A stretch of 64,000 nucleotides of DNA, taken from positions 6,816-70,815 of the forward strand of contig JANXCH010000011.1 in assembly GCA_025060295.1 (NCBI GenBank). Direction: 5' to 3'. This DNA comes from Dehalococcoidia bacterium. GTDB taxonomy: Bacteria > Chloroflexota > Dehalococcoidia > Lucifugimonadales > HRBIN23. Positions 35,842 to 45,442 of this stretch are shown here, piece after piece. Position 1 is the first letter of the stretch. Every line of letters begins with the position of its first letter. A program made the position numbers and the translations under genes. Below the pieces are notes generated by a model. The model was not told where the DNA came from. It was given only the letters and a program-made list of their open reading frames with translations, and did no database searches.

Positions 35842-35906
35842 CTGCTCCCCTCACGGTCTATTCTATCGGATAGGGACAAGGGAAGAAGGAGGAGACCAGC
35901 CACCCC

Positions 35907-36470
35907 TCACGGGCCTTTGAAGCGGATGCGCACCGGGTCGGCCTGCTCCCACCCGAACAGGTACAGGTCGGCGTTCTTGGGCACCTCAAAGAGCATCCAC
36001 CCCTGCACCTGGTAGCCCTGGGGGATATCCAATTTCCCCCACAGGAAGGGCAAATACGCCCCCTCCGGCTGGACGGGCTCGCTCACCTCCCGCCGCGCCT
36101 GAGTAAAGTCCAGGGGCGTCCAGCGATTGCCCCGCGGGTCCTCCAGGTAAGCCGCCTTATCGTCCACCATCAGGCTGACCAGAGTGGACTTCTCATTGCG
36201 GATGGTAACGAACACGGCTGCTAGGGTGTGGTCGGGCTTGGAGGGGGTGATAGCCCAGTGCTTGCCCTCGTGCTGGAAGCCTACCTGGGACACCGTGCGG
36301 GGCTGTTTGGCGTTGATGACCAGGATACGCCCCCATCCCCACTTCCCCTGATCCACCCGCTGGACACACCCCCACACCAGCGCGGCCAGCAGGAGCACCA
36401 AAAACACCACACCCAGGCGATACCACCCCATCCCCTTCATACCGATCGGTTCACCTGCCATCTGCCTCAC
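35907..36470 (-). CDS. Putative lipoprotein (DUF4352-like beta-sandwich)
   Basis: It has a signal peptide with the lipobox-like LVWGC. The body, [34 protein letters not shown], resembles DUF4352. GTG 36470 overlaps the upstream stop; internal ATGs are alternative starts. Confidence 0.5.
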   Translation of the reverse strand: MRQMAGEPIGMKGMGWYRLGVVFLVLLLAALVWGCVQRVDQGKWGWGRILVINAKQPRTVSQVGFQHEGKHWAITPSKPDHTLAAVFVTIRNEKSTLVSLMVDDKAAYLEDPRGNRWTPLDFTQARREVSEPVQPEGAYLPFLWGKLDIPQGYQVQGWMLFEVPKNADLYLFGWEQADPVRIRFKGP

Positions 36471-37660
36471 CGTCGGGTGGAGGCCATACTGGGCAAAGCC
36501 CGTAGGCGTTGCACCAGGGCGGGAAGCACCTCCAGCACCCGCTCTATCTCCGCCTGCGTGGTATCCCGCCCGAGGGTAAAGCGCACGCTGGAGCGAGCGA
36601 TATCCGGGGGAACCCCCATAGCCGTCAGCACATGGGACGGCTCCAACGAGCCGGTGGAACAGGCGCTCCCACTGGAGGCGCAGATACCCTCCATATCCAA
36701 ACCCAACAGGATAGGCTCCCCTTCCACCCCAGGGAAGCAGAAGTGGGCGTTGTTGGGCAGGCGTTGCGTGGGGTGCCCGTTCAGGATAGCCCCTGGCACC
36801 CGCTCCCGCACACCAGCGATAAACTGGTCCCGCAGACGGACCAAGCGGGGCACCACTGTGGGGCGCTCCTCCTCTGCCAGTGCCAGGGCAGTGGCCAGAC
36901 CCACAATGCCCGGCACATTCTCGGTGCCCGACCGCCGCTCCCGCTCCTGTCCCCCACCCATGAGCAGAGGCTCAAAGGGAGTGTTGCGCCGCACATACAG
37001 CACCCCCACACCCTTGGGACCGTGGAACTTGTGGGCAGACAAGGACAGCAGATCCACCCCCAGCGCGTGGACAGTGATGTCCAAAAAGCCCGCCGCCTGC
37101 ACCGCATCGCTATGGAAGGGGATCGGACGTCCCAAAGCCTTGCTCCGCTCCCGCACCACCCGCGCGATGTCGGCGATAGGCATCACCGTCCCCACCTCAT
37201 TATTGGCGTACATAATACTCACCAAGATGGTCCGCTCGGTGATAGCCCGTCCCACAGCGTCGGGGTCCACCATCCCATAGCGGTCCACAGGCACCAGCGT
37301 GGTGCGGAAGCCCAACTGCTCCAACTGATGGCAGGTGTGCAGAACGGCGTGGTGCTCCACGGCCGACGTCACAATCGTATCCCCCGTCTGACGCAGGGCC
37401 AGGGCTACCCCTTTGATCGCCGCGTTATCGGACTCGGTTCCCCCACTGGTGAACACCACCTCCGTGGGCCGGCACCCCAGCACCTGCGCCACCCTTTCCC
37501 GGGCGTCCTCCAGGGCTTTGCGGGCCTCCTGGCCCAAGCTATGGATACTGGACGGGTTACCGAAGCGCTGGGTAAAGTAGGGGAGCATCGCCTCCAACAC
37601 CTCCGGACGCACCGGGGTCGTGGCGGCATGGTCCAGATAGATGAGGGAACCGCGCTCCAT
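36467..37660 (-). CDS. Cysteine desulfurase, NifS/IscS class (class V aminotransferase)
   Basis: It carries [25 protein letters not shown] (PLP lysine) and the catalytic-loop SSGSACS. ATG 37660 follows AGGAGGGG at 5-nt spacing. Confidence 0.9.
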   Translation of the reverse strand: MERGSLIYLDHAATTPVRPEVLEAMLPYFTQRFGNPSSIHSLGQEARKALEDARERVAQVLGCRPTEVVFTSGGTESDNAAIKGVALALRQTGDTIVTSAVEHHAVLHTCHQLEQLGFRTTLVPVDRYGMVDPDAVGRAITERTILVSIMYANNEVGTVMPIADIARVVRERSKALGRPIPFHSDAVQAAGFLDITVHALGVDLLSLSAHKFHGPKGVGVLYVRRNTPFEPLLMGGGQERERRSGTENVPGIVGLATALALAEEERPTVVPRLVRLRDQFIAGVRERVPGAILNGHPTQRLPNNAHFCFPGVEGEPILLGLDMEGICASSGSACSTGSLEPSHVLTAMGVPPDIARSSVRFTLGRDTTQAEIERVLEVLPALVQRLRALPSMASTRR

Positions 37661-37728
37661 AGATGCCCCTCCTGCCTCCACCTTCCTATGATAACGCCTG
37701 TCTGGGCAGAAGGTGAGGCCCTCGCCCC

Positions 37729-38865
37729 CTAGACCCCCAACTCCTCCCGCACCCGCAAAAAGTGAATCACCTGCTCGCGGCTAATGAGCCCCACCACCTG
37801 CCCGTTCTGCACCACAGGAACCTGATTGACCCCCGCCTCGTCCAACACCTCCAGGACGCGGTAGGCGTCCTCCTGGGGTGACACCGTGACCACACGCTCT
37901 AGCGGGGTCATCGCCTCCCGCACGGGGGTATACGCCCACCGCTCCCGGGGCACCTGGCGCACCTGATGCACCGTAACCAGCCCATAAGTGCGCTGGTCGT
38001 CGCTCACCAACAGGCATCGTACCCCACGCCCCAGCAGATACTCATCCACCACCGCCTGCACCGAAGTGGAGGGGGCCACCCGCGGGCATTCTGGGGCCAT
38101 CAGGTCGCGGGCCGTGAACCCCTTCAACCCCTCCCGCAGACGCAGTTGCCGATAACTAGATGCCGCAGCCCCCTGCAAAAACCACCCGATAAGGGCTATC
38201 CAGACACCCGACAGGAACGCCGCAGGCACAAACAGGGCCTGCACAATGCCCCCCAGGATGAACAGCACCCCTATCCCCTGCCCCACCCCAGCGGCAATAC
38301 CGGTCGCCCTCTGGTAACTGCGCGTTACCGCCCATAGTATGGCCCGCATCACCCGCCCCCCGTCCAGCGGGAAACCGGGAATCATGTTGAACACGCCCAA
38401 AAGCACATTGGCAAAGGCCAAGTAGGACGTTATAGCAAACAGGTGGGCCTGCCGCTCGGCGAAGAACACCGCCAACCCCCAGAACACACCCCCCAGCACA
38501 AGGCTCACGAAGGGGCCCACCGCCGCCATCACCAGTTCCACCCCCGGCGTCGCCGCCTCCCGCGCAATCTGGGAGACCCCCCCGAACACAAACAAAGTGA
38601 TCCCCTTCACAGGTATGCCCCGCCGCAGGGCCACGATGCTGTGGGCCAACTCGTGGGCCAGCACCGAAGCGAAAAACAGCCCCGCCGTTATCACCGCCAA
38701 CACCCACCGCTCCGGCAAGGAGAACGAGGGCAGGCGCACCCCAAACAGCACCCGCGCCCCAAACACCTGGGACAACGACACCACGACCAACACAAAGATG
38801 AACAGCCAACTGACATGCACCTCAATGGGGATGCCCAAGATGCGCCCGATACGCAACCCACCCAT
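37729..38865 (-). CDS. Site-2 protease family (M50) zinc metalloprotease with a C-terminal tandem CBS pair
   Basis: It carries [26 protein letters not shown] (HExxH) within TM helices. The C-terminal approximately 130 aa have CBS-like repeats. Confidence 0.85.
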   Translation of the reverse strand: MGGLRIGRILGIPIEVHVSWLFIFVLVVVSLSQVFGARVLFGVRLPSFSLPERWVLAVITAGLFFASVLAHELAHSIVALRRGIPVKGITLFVFGGVSQIAREAATPGVELVMAAVGPFVSLVLGGVFWGLAVFFAERQAHLFAITSYLAFANVLLGVFNMIPGFPLDGGRVMRAILWAVTRSYQRATGIAAGVGQGIGVLFILGGIVQALFVPAAFLSGVWIALIGWFLQGAAASSYRQLRLREGLKGFTARDLMAPECPRVAPSTSVQAVVDEYLLGRGVRCLLVSDDQRTYGLVTVHQVRQVPRERWAYTPVREAMTPLERVVTVSPQEDAYRVLEVLDEAGVNQVPVVQNGQVVGLISREQVIHFLRVREELGV

Positions 38866-38875
38866 ATCCCGCTCC

Positions 38876-39775
38876 TCACCGTCCAGGGGTGTAACGCAGC
38901 GCCACCAACCCCATCAGTTTATACACCAACGCCGCCGCCACCACCGCACACGCCGCAGGCCCCTCCCGCGGGCACAACTCCACCACATCAAAGGCGACGA
39001 TACGGCGCGCCCGAGCCACCCCCTCCAACAGCACCAGCAAATCCCCCCACGACAGGCCCCCCGGCTCGGGCGTCCCTACCGCAGGCATTACCGCCGGGTC
39101 CAACACATCCAAATCCACGCTAATGTATACATCCGGCCCCAGCCGTGGCAAGACCCACGCCAAGGCATCCTGGGCACGGAAGGTGGGCGTCCACGGGAAG
39201 AGGGGAATCCCTTGGGCGCGGGCGAAGCGGGCCTCCTCCGCGCTCATAGAGCGCACCCCCACCTCCACCACCCGTGCCACCTCGGCGATGCGCCGTGCCG
39301 TGCAGGCGTGGCTATAGGGCGTGCCCATATAGGTATCCCGCAGGTCGGCATGGGCGTCCAAATACAGCACCGACAAGTGCGGATAATGGCGCAGCGCCCC
39401 CTGCACACCCCCCAGGGTGATGGAATGCTCGCCCCCCAGGAGCACAGGCATTTTCCCCTTCCCCACAAGGGCATCCACCGTCTCGGCCACCCGCTCAATA
39501 GTCGCAGCGGGATCGCCCACATGGGGCTCCACCTCGGGCAGGGTTGCAATGCCCAGGGAACACGGCTCCCATCCCAGGGCAGGGTCATAGTCCTCCAGGG
39601 AGCGAGAGGCAGCAATAAGAGCCGACGGGCCTTCCCGCGCCCCAGCCTTATAGGAGGTGGTACTATCATAGGGCACAGGCACCACCACAAAGTACGCCCG
39701 CTCCACGTCGGCCTGCTCCGGGGGAAGCCCCAGGAAGTTCCAGGGAACCGACGGCCCACGGATAAGGGATGCCAC
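38876..39775 (-). CDS. speB: Agmatinase (arginase/ureohydrolase family)
   Basis: The metal-ligand motifs GGEHSITLG, LDAHADLRD and SVDLDVLDPAVMPAVGTPEPGG are typical of agmatinase. Confidence 0.8.
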   Translation of the reverse strand: MASLIRGPSVPWNFLGLPPEQADVERAYFVVVPVPYDSTTSYKAGAREGPSALIAASRSLEDYDPALGWEPCSLGIATLPEVEPHVGDPAATIERVAETVDALVGKGKMPVLLGGEHSITLGGVQGALRHYPHLSVLYLDAHADLRDTYMGTPYSHACTARRIAEVARVVEVGVRSMSAEEARFARAQGIPLFPWTPTFRAQDALAWVLPRLGPDVYISVDLDVLDPAVMPAVGTPEPGGLSWGDLLVLLEGVARARRIVAFDVVELCPREGPAACAVVAAALVYKLMGLVALRYTPGR

Positions 39776-39787
39776 GACCAGCGCCTC

Positions 39788-40207
39788 CTAGGGAGCGGGG
39801 TGGAGGGTCAAGCGAGAACGCTCCATATCCAGAACCCGCCGCGCCTCCTCGGCGCTATAGTGCTCCAACCCCCGCTCCAACACCCACGTCTTCACCGTCC
39901 CCAGTCGGAAAGTCTCCTGCACCAGCGCCTGAGCCTTGCCGTAGTCAAAGGGCTTACAGGAGAAGATGTCTATATGCACGAAAAAACGGTCGGGAAAGGT
40001 GTGCACACTAATATGGCTCTCGGCGATAATCACAAAGCCCGATAGCCCCCAATCCTCGGGCACCGGCCCCCGATAGGTAATCACCACCGGCCGAGTAATT
40101 TTGGTCATCCCAATAGCCTCGGGGCAGGTATCCAGAAAACGGTAGACAGCCTCGGTGCTGGCCAGGCAAGCAGTGTCGGCGGTATACCCGTCAATCGCTA
40201 CATGCAC
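39788..40207 (-). CDS. AdoMetDC-family pyruvoyl-dependent decarboxylase proenzyme (SpeH-like class 1)
   Basis: It carries the self-processing motif GFVIIAESHISVHTFPD and DIFSCKPFD. GTG 40207 follows GGAGGAG at 5-nt spacing; the ORF-track start 40234 is TTG. Confidence 0.75.
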   Translation of the reverse strand: MHVAIDGYTADTACLASTEAVYRFLDTCPEAIGMTKITRPVVITYRGPVPEDWGLSGFVIIAESHISVHTFPDRFFVHIDIFSCKPFDYGKAQALVQETFRLGTVKTWVLERGLEHYSAEEARRVLDMERSRLTLHPAP

Positions 40208-40452
40208 CCCGTCTCCTCCGCAGAGTGGATGCAATCCCTTCCAGCATACCCCAGCCCTTTCCTTTTCGGCAACCCAGGCAACTCCCTACCCTCCCCCCGT
40301 GGGCACAGACGCCCAGCTCAGGTATCATGGAAGTGGCGCGTGTGCCATCCCCACGCGGGAAGGAATGCCCCGGCTCCCGTTCCCCCAGAGGAACGCGGGA
40401 CATTGCGGCGGCGGGATGTCCTGCCCAGAGCGCCACACGCCCAGGAGGAGCC

Positions 40453-40722
40453 ATGCTGACGGTAACGGAACGGGCCAGCCGGGAACTCAAGCAGGTGCTG
40501 GACAACCTGGAACGGGAGGCTAACCAGTGCCTGCGCCTTATCACCGACCCCCAGGGCAACTTCCGCCTCACCCTGGATGTGGAGAGGGAAAACGACCAGG
40601 TGGTTACCCACGAGGAGGAGGCCGTCCTCCTCATTGAGCCTCTACTGGCTCAGCACCTGGAGGGGGCCGTGTTGGATGTGGAGGACACCCCTACCGGCCC
40701 CGCCCTGGTCATCTCCCGCTAG
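40453..40722 (+). CDS. Small HesB/IscA-fold-like protein lacking the C-terminal Cys motif
   Basis: ATG 40453 follows an AGGAGGAG RBS. LTVTERASRELKQVL ... LRLITDPQGNFRLTLD resembles the N-terminal half of HesB/IscA proteins. The family assignment is tentative. Confidence 0.4.
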   Translation: MLTVTERASRELKQVLDNLEREANQCLRLITDPQGNFRLTLDVERENDQVVTHEEEAVLLIEPLLAQHLEGAVLDVEDTPTGPALVISR

Positions 40723-41183
40723 GAAGCCTCCTCCCCCTTCCAACTGAAAGCCTTTCGGGGAAGCACCTCCACTATCACAGGGGACGCCCACCCGTGGCGG
40801 GCCTGTTCGGCCTGGCGGACCTGCTGCGCCTCCTCCCCGTCGGGCAGGATGCGCGCCTCCCCCTCCAGGATAAGCACCCGCCGCCACCCCTGGTGAGCCA
40901 CCAGGGCCACCCGGGGCGACCTCTGCAGGTGGCGGAAGGCCGCCGCCTGGGGCGAAAACCCCACGAACACCCGCCCCTGCCACACCGTCAGCCCCGTCAG
41001 GCTCAAATGGGGTGCACCCGCCGCATTGGTGGTGCCTACCACGGCGATACGTGCCCTTTGCAGGAAGGCCACCACCTCCTGTCCTGTGAGGGAGCGTGCC
41101 CCAAACACCTCCCGGGTAAAGGGCGTCGCACGCTCCAAACTCTGGCGCAAAAGGGCATCCCACCACTGAGCGTCCATCCTCAT
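40719..41183 (-). CDS. Pyridoxamine 5'-phosphate oxidase-family (split-barrel FMN-binding) protein
   Basis: The sequence LTGQEVVAFLQRARIAVVGTTNAAGAPHLSLTGLTVWQGRVFVGFSPQAAAFRHLQRSPRVALV fits the PNPOx-like fold. ATG 41183 overlaps the upstream stop (ATGA). The ORF-track extension was rejected. Confidence 0.55.
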   Translation of the reverse strand: MRMDAQWWDALLRQSLERATPFTREVFGARSLTGQEVVAFLQRARIAVVGTTNAAGAPHLSLTGLTVWQGRVFVGFSPQAAAFRHLQRSPRVALVAHQGWRRVLILEGEARILPDGEEAQQVRQAEQARHGWASPVIVEVLPRKAFSWKGEEAS

Positions 41184-42313
41184 CTCCGCAACCAGCGGTC
41201 CTTCAGGCCAAAGCCCGTTACCGGCACCAGCGCCCGCTCCTCCGGCCGGATCGTGCCCTGGGCACACAAAACGGCCAGCCCTGCAAAGGCGGCAGCCGCC
41301 GTCGGCTCGCAGAAAACCCCCTCCCGCTCCGCCAGCAGGGCCTGCCACGCCAGAATATCCTTCTCGGCCACAGCCACCGCCTGTCCCCCCGTCTCCCACA
41401 GCGCCTGAAGCACTTGGGCTTTGCGAGGCGGATGGCTCACGGCGATGCCCCCGGCGATGGTGCGGGTGCCGGGGCGCGGTGTCCACTCCCGTTCCTGCCA
41501 CGCCGCCACAAGGGGGCACACCCGCTGCGCCTGCACCGCATGCAGACGCGGCACACGGACCAGACGCCTTTCCTGCTTGAGCACCAACAAACCCAGCCAG
41601 GTGCCGATCAACAGGGAGCCGTTGCCCACGGGAAACACCATATGCTCCGGCACATCGCCCCCCATCTGGGCGAACACCTCCAGGGCAAAACTCTTCATCC
41701 CCTCCAGAAAGTAGGGGGACAGGTGGTGGGCGGCGTAGACACCCTCACCCCGCTTCCACGCGTCCTGGGCAGCCTGCGTGGCGGCCTGTCTTCCCCCAGG
41801 CACCACCCGCACCTCTGCCCCATACACCCGTATCTGCTGCACCTTGGGGCGGGGCGCCGTATCGGGCACATAGACGACGGCCTGCACACCCGCCCGCGCT
41901 GCGTAGGCGCTCAGGGACGCCCCCGCATTGCCCGAAGAGTCCTCCACCACACGGGTAACACCCCATGCCTTCAATACCGAGAGCAGCACAGCGCTCCCCC
42001 GATCCTTGAACGAGCCCGTGGGGTTGAGGTATTCCAGTTTGGCCCAGAGGCGCGGACAACCCGCTACCGCCCCCACCCGCTCCAACGGCACCACAGGGGT
42101 ATTCCCCTCGCCCAGCGAGACCTGTGGCAGACCCGTAGCCAGCGGGAAGGCGTCCCCCCACTGCCAGACGCCCAACCCCTTTCCCGCGTCGGCGCGGGGA
42201 GAGGTGTGATACACCGCATCCAAAGGGCCGCCGCAGACAGTGCACATGGGCGCCCGGTGGGTGGCGGGGAACTCCTGCCCACAGGCGTGACACACCAGAT
42301 GCAGATTCCACAC
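41180..42313 (-). CDS. thrC: Threonine synthase (PLP fold type II) with an N-terminal zinc ribbon
   Basis: It has the zinc ribbon CHACGQEFPATHRAPMCTVCGG and the PLP-lysine motif LNPTGSFKDRGSAVLLS. The start was set at GTG 42313; the ORF-track start 42364 is also GTG. The start is uncertain. Confidence 0.7.
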   Translation of the reverse strand: MWNLHLVCHACGQEFPATHRAPMCTVCGGPLDAVYHTSPRADAGKGLGVWQWGDAFPLATGLPQVSLGEGNTPVVPLERVGAVAGCPRLWAKLEYLNPTGSFKDRGSAVLLSVLKAWGVTRVVEDSSGNAGASLSAYAARAGVQAVVYVPDTAPRPKVQQIRVYGAEVRVVPGGRQAATQAAQDAWKRGEGVYAAHHLSPYFLEGMKSFALEVFAQMGGDVPEHMVFPVGNGSLLIGTWLGLLVLKQERRLVRVPRLHAVQAQRVCPLVAAWQEREWTPRPGTRTIAGGIAVSHPPRKAQVLQALWETGGQAVAVAEKDILAWQALLAEREGVFCEPTAAAAFAGLAVLCAQGTIRPEERALVPVTGFGLKDRWLRR

Positions 42314-42397
42314 GCCCTTGCCCCTCGAAGGGATTTCCTTTATGGTAGCGCATGGAAGCGGCACGCGCCTCCACCCCTATGCCCAGAAGGAGGGGCC

Positions 42398-43174
42398 GTG
42401 TTCACCATTGACCTGTCGGGCAAGACCGCCGCCGTATTCGGCGTCGCCAACGAGTGGAGCATCGCCTGGCACATCGCCCAAGCCCTAGACGGTGCGGGGG
42501 CGCGCCTGGCCATCGCCTATCAGAACGAGCGCTTGCGCGAGCGGGTGGAGCGTCTGGCCCCCACCCTGCGCCAGACTCCTCTGCTCCTCCAGTGCGATGT
42601 GCAAAACGAGGGGGAGGTGGCCTCCGCCTTCGCCCGCCTGGCCGAGGCCTTCGGCACATTACACATGCTGGTGCACAGCATCGCCTATGCCCAGCGGGAG
42701 GACATCAGCGGATCCTTCCTGAAAACGGGGCGGGAGGGCTTCCGCATCGCCCTCGAGGTGAGCGCCTACTCCTTCCTGCTCCTGGTACGGGAGGCGGTGC
42801 CCCTCATGCGCCAGGGCGGGAGCATCCTCACCCTCACCTTCCAGGCGTCTCAGCGGGTGTTCCCCGGCTACAACATCATGGGCACCGCCAAAGCCGCCCT
42901 AGAGCACGAGGTGCGTCAACTAGCCTATGAACTGGGGCCCCACAACATCCGCGTCAATGCCCTCTCCGCCGGCCCCCTGGACACCTTGGCAGCGCGAGGC
43001 ATTGCGGGCTTCGTGGACATGAAGCACATCCACGCCCAGCGGAGCCCCCTCAAACGCAACATCACCCATCAGGAGGTGGGCAAAGCCGCCCTGTTCCTCC
43101 TCAGCGATTGGGCCAGCGGCATCACAGGGGTGATCCTGCCTGTGGACGCCGGCTATCATATCATGGGCCTATAG
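42398..43174 (+). CDS. fabI: Enoyl-[acyl-carrier-protein] reductase (NADH), FabI
   Basis: It carries GKTAAVFGVANEWSIAWHIAQAL and YNIMGTAKAALEHEVRQLAYELGPHNIRVNALSAGP. GTG 42398 follows GAAGGAGGGG. The upstream 984 nt of the ORF-track entry are antisense to thrC and were rejected. Confidence 0.9.
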   Translation: MFTIDLSGKTAAVFGVANEWSIAWHIAQALDGAGARLAIAYQNERLRERVERLAPTLRQTPLLLQCDVQNEGEVASAFARLAEAFGTLHMLVHSIAYAQREDISGSFLKTGREGFRIALEVSAYSFLLLVREAVPLMRQGGSILTLTFQASQRVFPGYNIMGTAKAALEHEVRQLAYELGPHNIRVNALSAGPLDTLAARGIAGFVDMKHIHAQRSPLKRNITHQEVGKAALFLLSDWASGITGVILPVDAGYHIMGL

Positions 43175-43184
43175 GAGAGCAGCC

Positions 43185-43499
43185 GTGGGGGCTTTCTTCT
43201 TTGAGCGTGAGTGCCGGACCCCCTCCTCCGAATGCTACACCGTCTTTGAAGACGACGAGGAGGTCGGACGCCTGGACATCCACTTCGCCCCCAGCGTGGT
43301 GCACGCCAGCCTGTTCGTCCACGAGCGCCTCACCCAAGACGCTATCCAGGAACTGGTGCAGGTGATAGAGGAGGAACTGCTGGACGCCGTGGGCATCGAG
43401 CGGGAGGAGGTTGTGCTCCACCTCCACCAGGGGCGTGATCTGGGCGTGCTCACCCTCCCCGATATGGGCGAGGACACCAACCACGGGGAGCGCGCCTAA
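43185..43499 (+). CDS. Hypothetical acidic protein (104 aa)
   Basis: It has a strong GC3 bias in this frame and protein-like composition, unlike the overlapping antisense ORF. It has no recognisable motif and a GTG start. Confidence 0.5.
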   Translation: MGAFFFERECRTPSSECYTVFEDDEEVGRLDIHFAPSVVHASLFVHERLTQDAIQELVQVIEEELLDAVGIEREEVVLHLHQGRDLGVLTLPDMGEDTNHGERA

Positions 43500-43596
43500 G
43501 GGCTGCACACCCCCAGGCACCGGCACACACTGCCCTCTCGTCCAGGAAAGGCTACCACCGCCCCCGTCAAAGGGCGCCCGGCAGCGGATCTCTCCC

Positions 43597-44121
43597 CTAC
43601 CGTCCGGCTATCTTCAGCACCGCCTGCCTCACCGCCTCGTAGTTGGGCTCCTGAACAATGTCCGGCACATACTCCACATAGCGCACCACATCGTCCTTAT
43701 CCACCACGAACACCGCCCGTGCCAAGAGGCCCGTCTCCTTAATCCGCACCCCGTAGGCCTCCCCAAAGGAGCGGTCGCGAAAGTCCGAGGCAGTGAGCAC
43801 CTTATCCACCCCGTTGGCCCCACACCATCGGCTCTGAGCGAAGGGCAAATCCATGCTGATGACGGCGATCTGCACATCACCGGGCAGGGTGCCCGCCATC
43901 TCGTTGAACTTTTTGGTCTCGGTCGCGCACACCTGGGTGTCCAACGAGGGCACCGACAAAAGCACCTTTACCTTCCCCTGAAAGTCCTTGAGGGAGACGG
44001 GCTTGAAACCCTGCCCCACAGCGGTGAAATCGGGGGCTTTCTGCCCCACTTTGATCTCGGGCCCGATGAGGGTAACCGGGTTGCCCCGGGCCTTCACCGC
44101 ACCAGGACGCTCCACAGGCAT
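43597..44121 (-). CDS. tpx: Thiol peroxidase (atypical 2-Cys peroxiredoxin, Tpx)
   Basis: It carries the peroxidatic-Cys motif VPSLDTQVCATETKKFNE and the resolving-Cys context FAQSRWCGA. ATG 44121 follows GGAGGAG at 5-nt spacing. Confidence 0.9.
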   Translation of the reverse strand: MPVERPGAVKARGNPVTLIGPEIKVGQKAPDFTAVGQGFKPVSLKDFQGKVKVLLSVPSLDTQVCATETKKFNEMAGTLPGDVQIAVISMDLPFAQSRWCGANGVDKVLTASDFRDRSFGEAYGVRIKETGLLARAVFVVDKDDVVRYVEYVPDIVQEPNYEAVRQAVLKIAGR

Positions 44122-44242
44122 GTGCACTCCTCCTTTGGACGCCCCCTTGGGGGGGCGTGCCCTGTTGTGTCTGCCGTGTTGAACTGCCCTTCGCCCTCCC
44201 CTGTGCGTGGGCGTGCCCCTGCGTTACAAGCACCCACAGGTA

Positions 44243-45403
44243 TCAGGGCGCTTGGGGCCCCCTCAGCGCCCCCTCCCGCACATAGCGCTGGAACAACTGC
44301 CCCCAAGGGGTGCGCAGCGCCTTCTGCACCCGCCGACGGCCGATAAAAGTCCGCCAGAAGCCGTTATAGTAGGCGTTGGAGGCGAAATAGGCCCACGGCA
44401 CAATGGGCGTGCGCAGAAGCCAGTGTTCCAACGGCTTCAGAGGCCCCCAGTAGATCAGTTTCTGACCACGGCTGGCGAAGGTCTCCTCGGTGGCGCGGAA
44501 GCGGAAGTTCACCCCGCTGATATCCGCCCCCACCACCTCAATCTGGCGCGGGTCGCCCACACCCAAACCCGCCTCGTGGGCCAGGCGAATGAACGTGATG
44601 GAGAGGGGATCAAACCCCATCAGGCGCGCCGCCACAGCGTCAATGGCCACCTGGTCAGCCGATGCCAGAAGCACATTCTTCACATGCCAGCGCATGGCCC
44701 GGGGGCCGGGGCCGTCCCCCGCAAAGGTCCCGTCCATCACCGCAAACAGACCCGCGTGTATCTCCTTTTGAATCACCAGCAGATCCACCAGCGTCTCGTG
44801 AATCACCGAGTGGGTCCAGTGGCGCTTGCGGTTAAGAAGCCCCCCAAAGGCGTTCTTCATCGCCCCCGTTATGGTCGTGAACACATGGGTCTTGACGGTG
44901 GGCAGGTGGATGATGCTCTTGCCGGGGAAGATGTCGGGAATGGTCAGTCCCTCGGGGAAAATCTTATCCAGCACCAGCAGTTTGCGCTTGGGGGTATAGG
45001 GTATCCAGCGCTGGGGCGGGACATCCAGATGCACACTCTTCAGGCCATAGGCGTCCAGCACCCCCTTGTGGCCGTTGCGCACCTCCCCCACGAAGGAGTC
45101 CACCACCACCGTCCCGTTTTGGGCGGGGATGAGGTCGCGGTAACCGTCGGCCAGAAGGGTGCAAATGACACCCTCCAGTTGCCAGGGCGTCGTGGAGCAC
45201 GCCGGATACCAGTGTTGCCAGGAGATGTTGATTTTCAGCAGAACGGGGACGCCCGCCGGCAAGGCCTGGCGGTAATCGGCCAGATGCATCGCCCGCCCCA
45301 CATCCTCCAGCACCGTCTCGGGACGGGTGAACACCACCGCCACCTTGGGGCGTGCCGAGGGAGCCTGCGAGGTCGACAACACTGCGGGTGCCGATAGGGT
45401 CAT
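44243..45403 (-). CDS. DUF362-domain protein
   Basis: It has conserved blocks VLLKINISW, KTHVFTTITGAMKNAFGGLL and VMDGTFAGDGPGP, as remembered for DUF362. ATG 45403 follows AGGAGGGGG at 5-nt spacing. Confidence 0.6.
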   Translation of the reverse strand: MTLSAPAVLSTSQAPSARPKVAVVFTRPETVLEDVGRAMHLADYRQALPAGVPVLLKINISWQHWYPACSTTPWQLEGVICTLLADGYRDLIPAQNGTVVVDSFVGEVRNGHKGVLDAYGLKSVHLDVPPQRWIPYTPKRKLLVLDKIFPEGLTIPDIFPGKSIIHLPTVKTHVFTTITGAMKNAFGGLLNRKRHWTHSVIHETLVDLLVIQKEIHAGLFAVMDGTFAGDGPGPRAMRWHVKNVLLASADQVAIDAVAARLMGFDPLSITFIRLAHEAGLGVGDPRQIEVVGADISGVNFRFRATEETFASRGQKLIYWGPLKPLEHWLLRTPIVPWAYFASNAYYNGFWRTFIGRRRVQKALRTPWGQLFQRYVREGALRGPQAP

Positions 45404-45442
45404 ACCAACCCCCTCCTGCAGGACATCATACCATACCGCCTA

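Noticed and set aside
41414-42397. N-terminal extensions in the ORF track. These are 41414-42397 (fabI), 21111-21350 (CapD-like), 15603-15752 (sugar transferase), 16301-16369 (E1 alpha), 3924-4022 (flippase), 29445-29828 (grpE), 40225-40452 (HesB-like), 41184-41519 (PNPOx-like), 50137-50205 (plsX), 50994-51098 (crotonase), 56080-56190 (sufB) and 55251-55304 (M20 paralogue B).
   Set aside because: The extensions overlap neighbouring genes or their antisense strand, are compositionally odd, and lack an RBS. Internal ATG/GTG codons with AGGAGG-type RBS or ATGA/GTGA coupling reproduce the normal family N-termini.
43161-43526. Minus-strand 121-aa ORF overlapping the plus-strand 104-aa ORF at 43185-43499
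   Set aside because: The plus-strand frame has the strong third-position G/C bias seen in the real genes of this window and a balanced acidic composition. The minus-strand translation is G/V/H/L-rich shadow sequence.
44139-44158. GC-rich hairpin ACGCCCCC-TTGG-GGGGGCGT between the DUF362 stop and the tpx start, considered as an intrinsic terminator
   Set aside because: On the transcribed (minus) strand it is followed by AAAGGAGGAG, the tpx RBS, and not by a U-tract. It may stabilise the tpx 5' UTR or pause transcription, but it does not meet intrinsic-terminator criteria.
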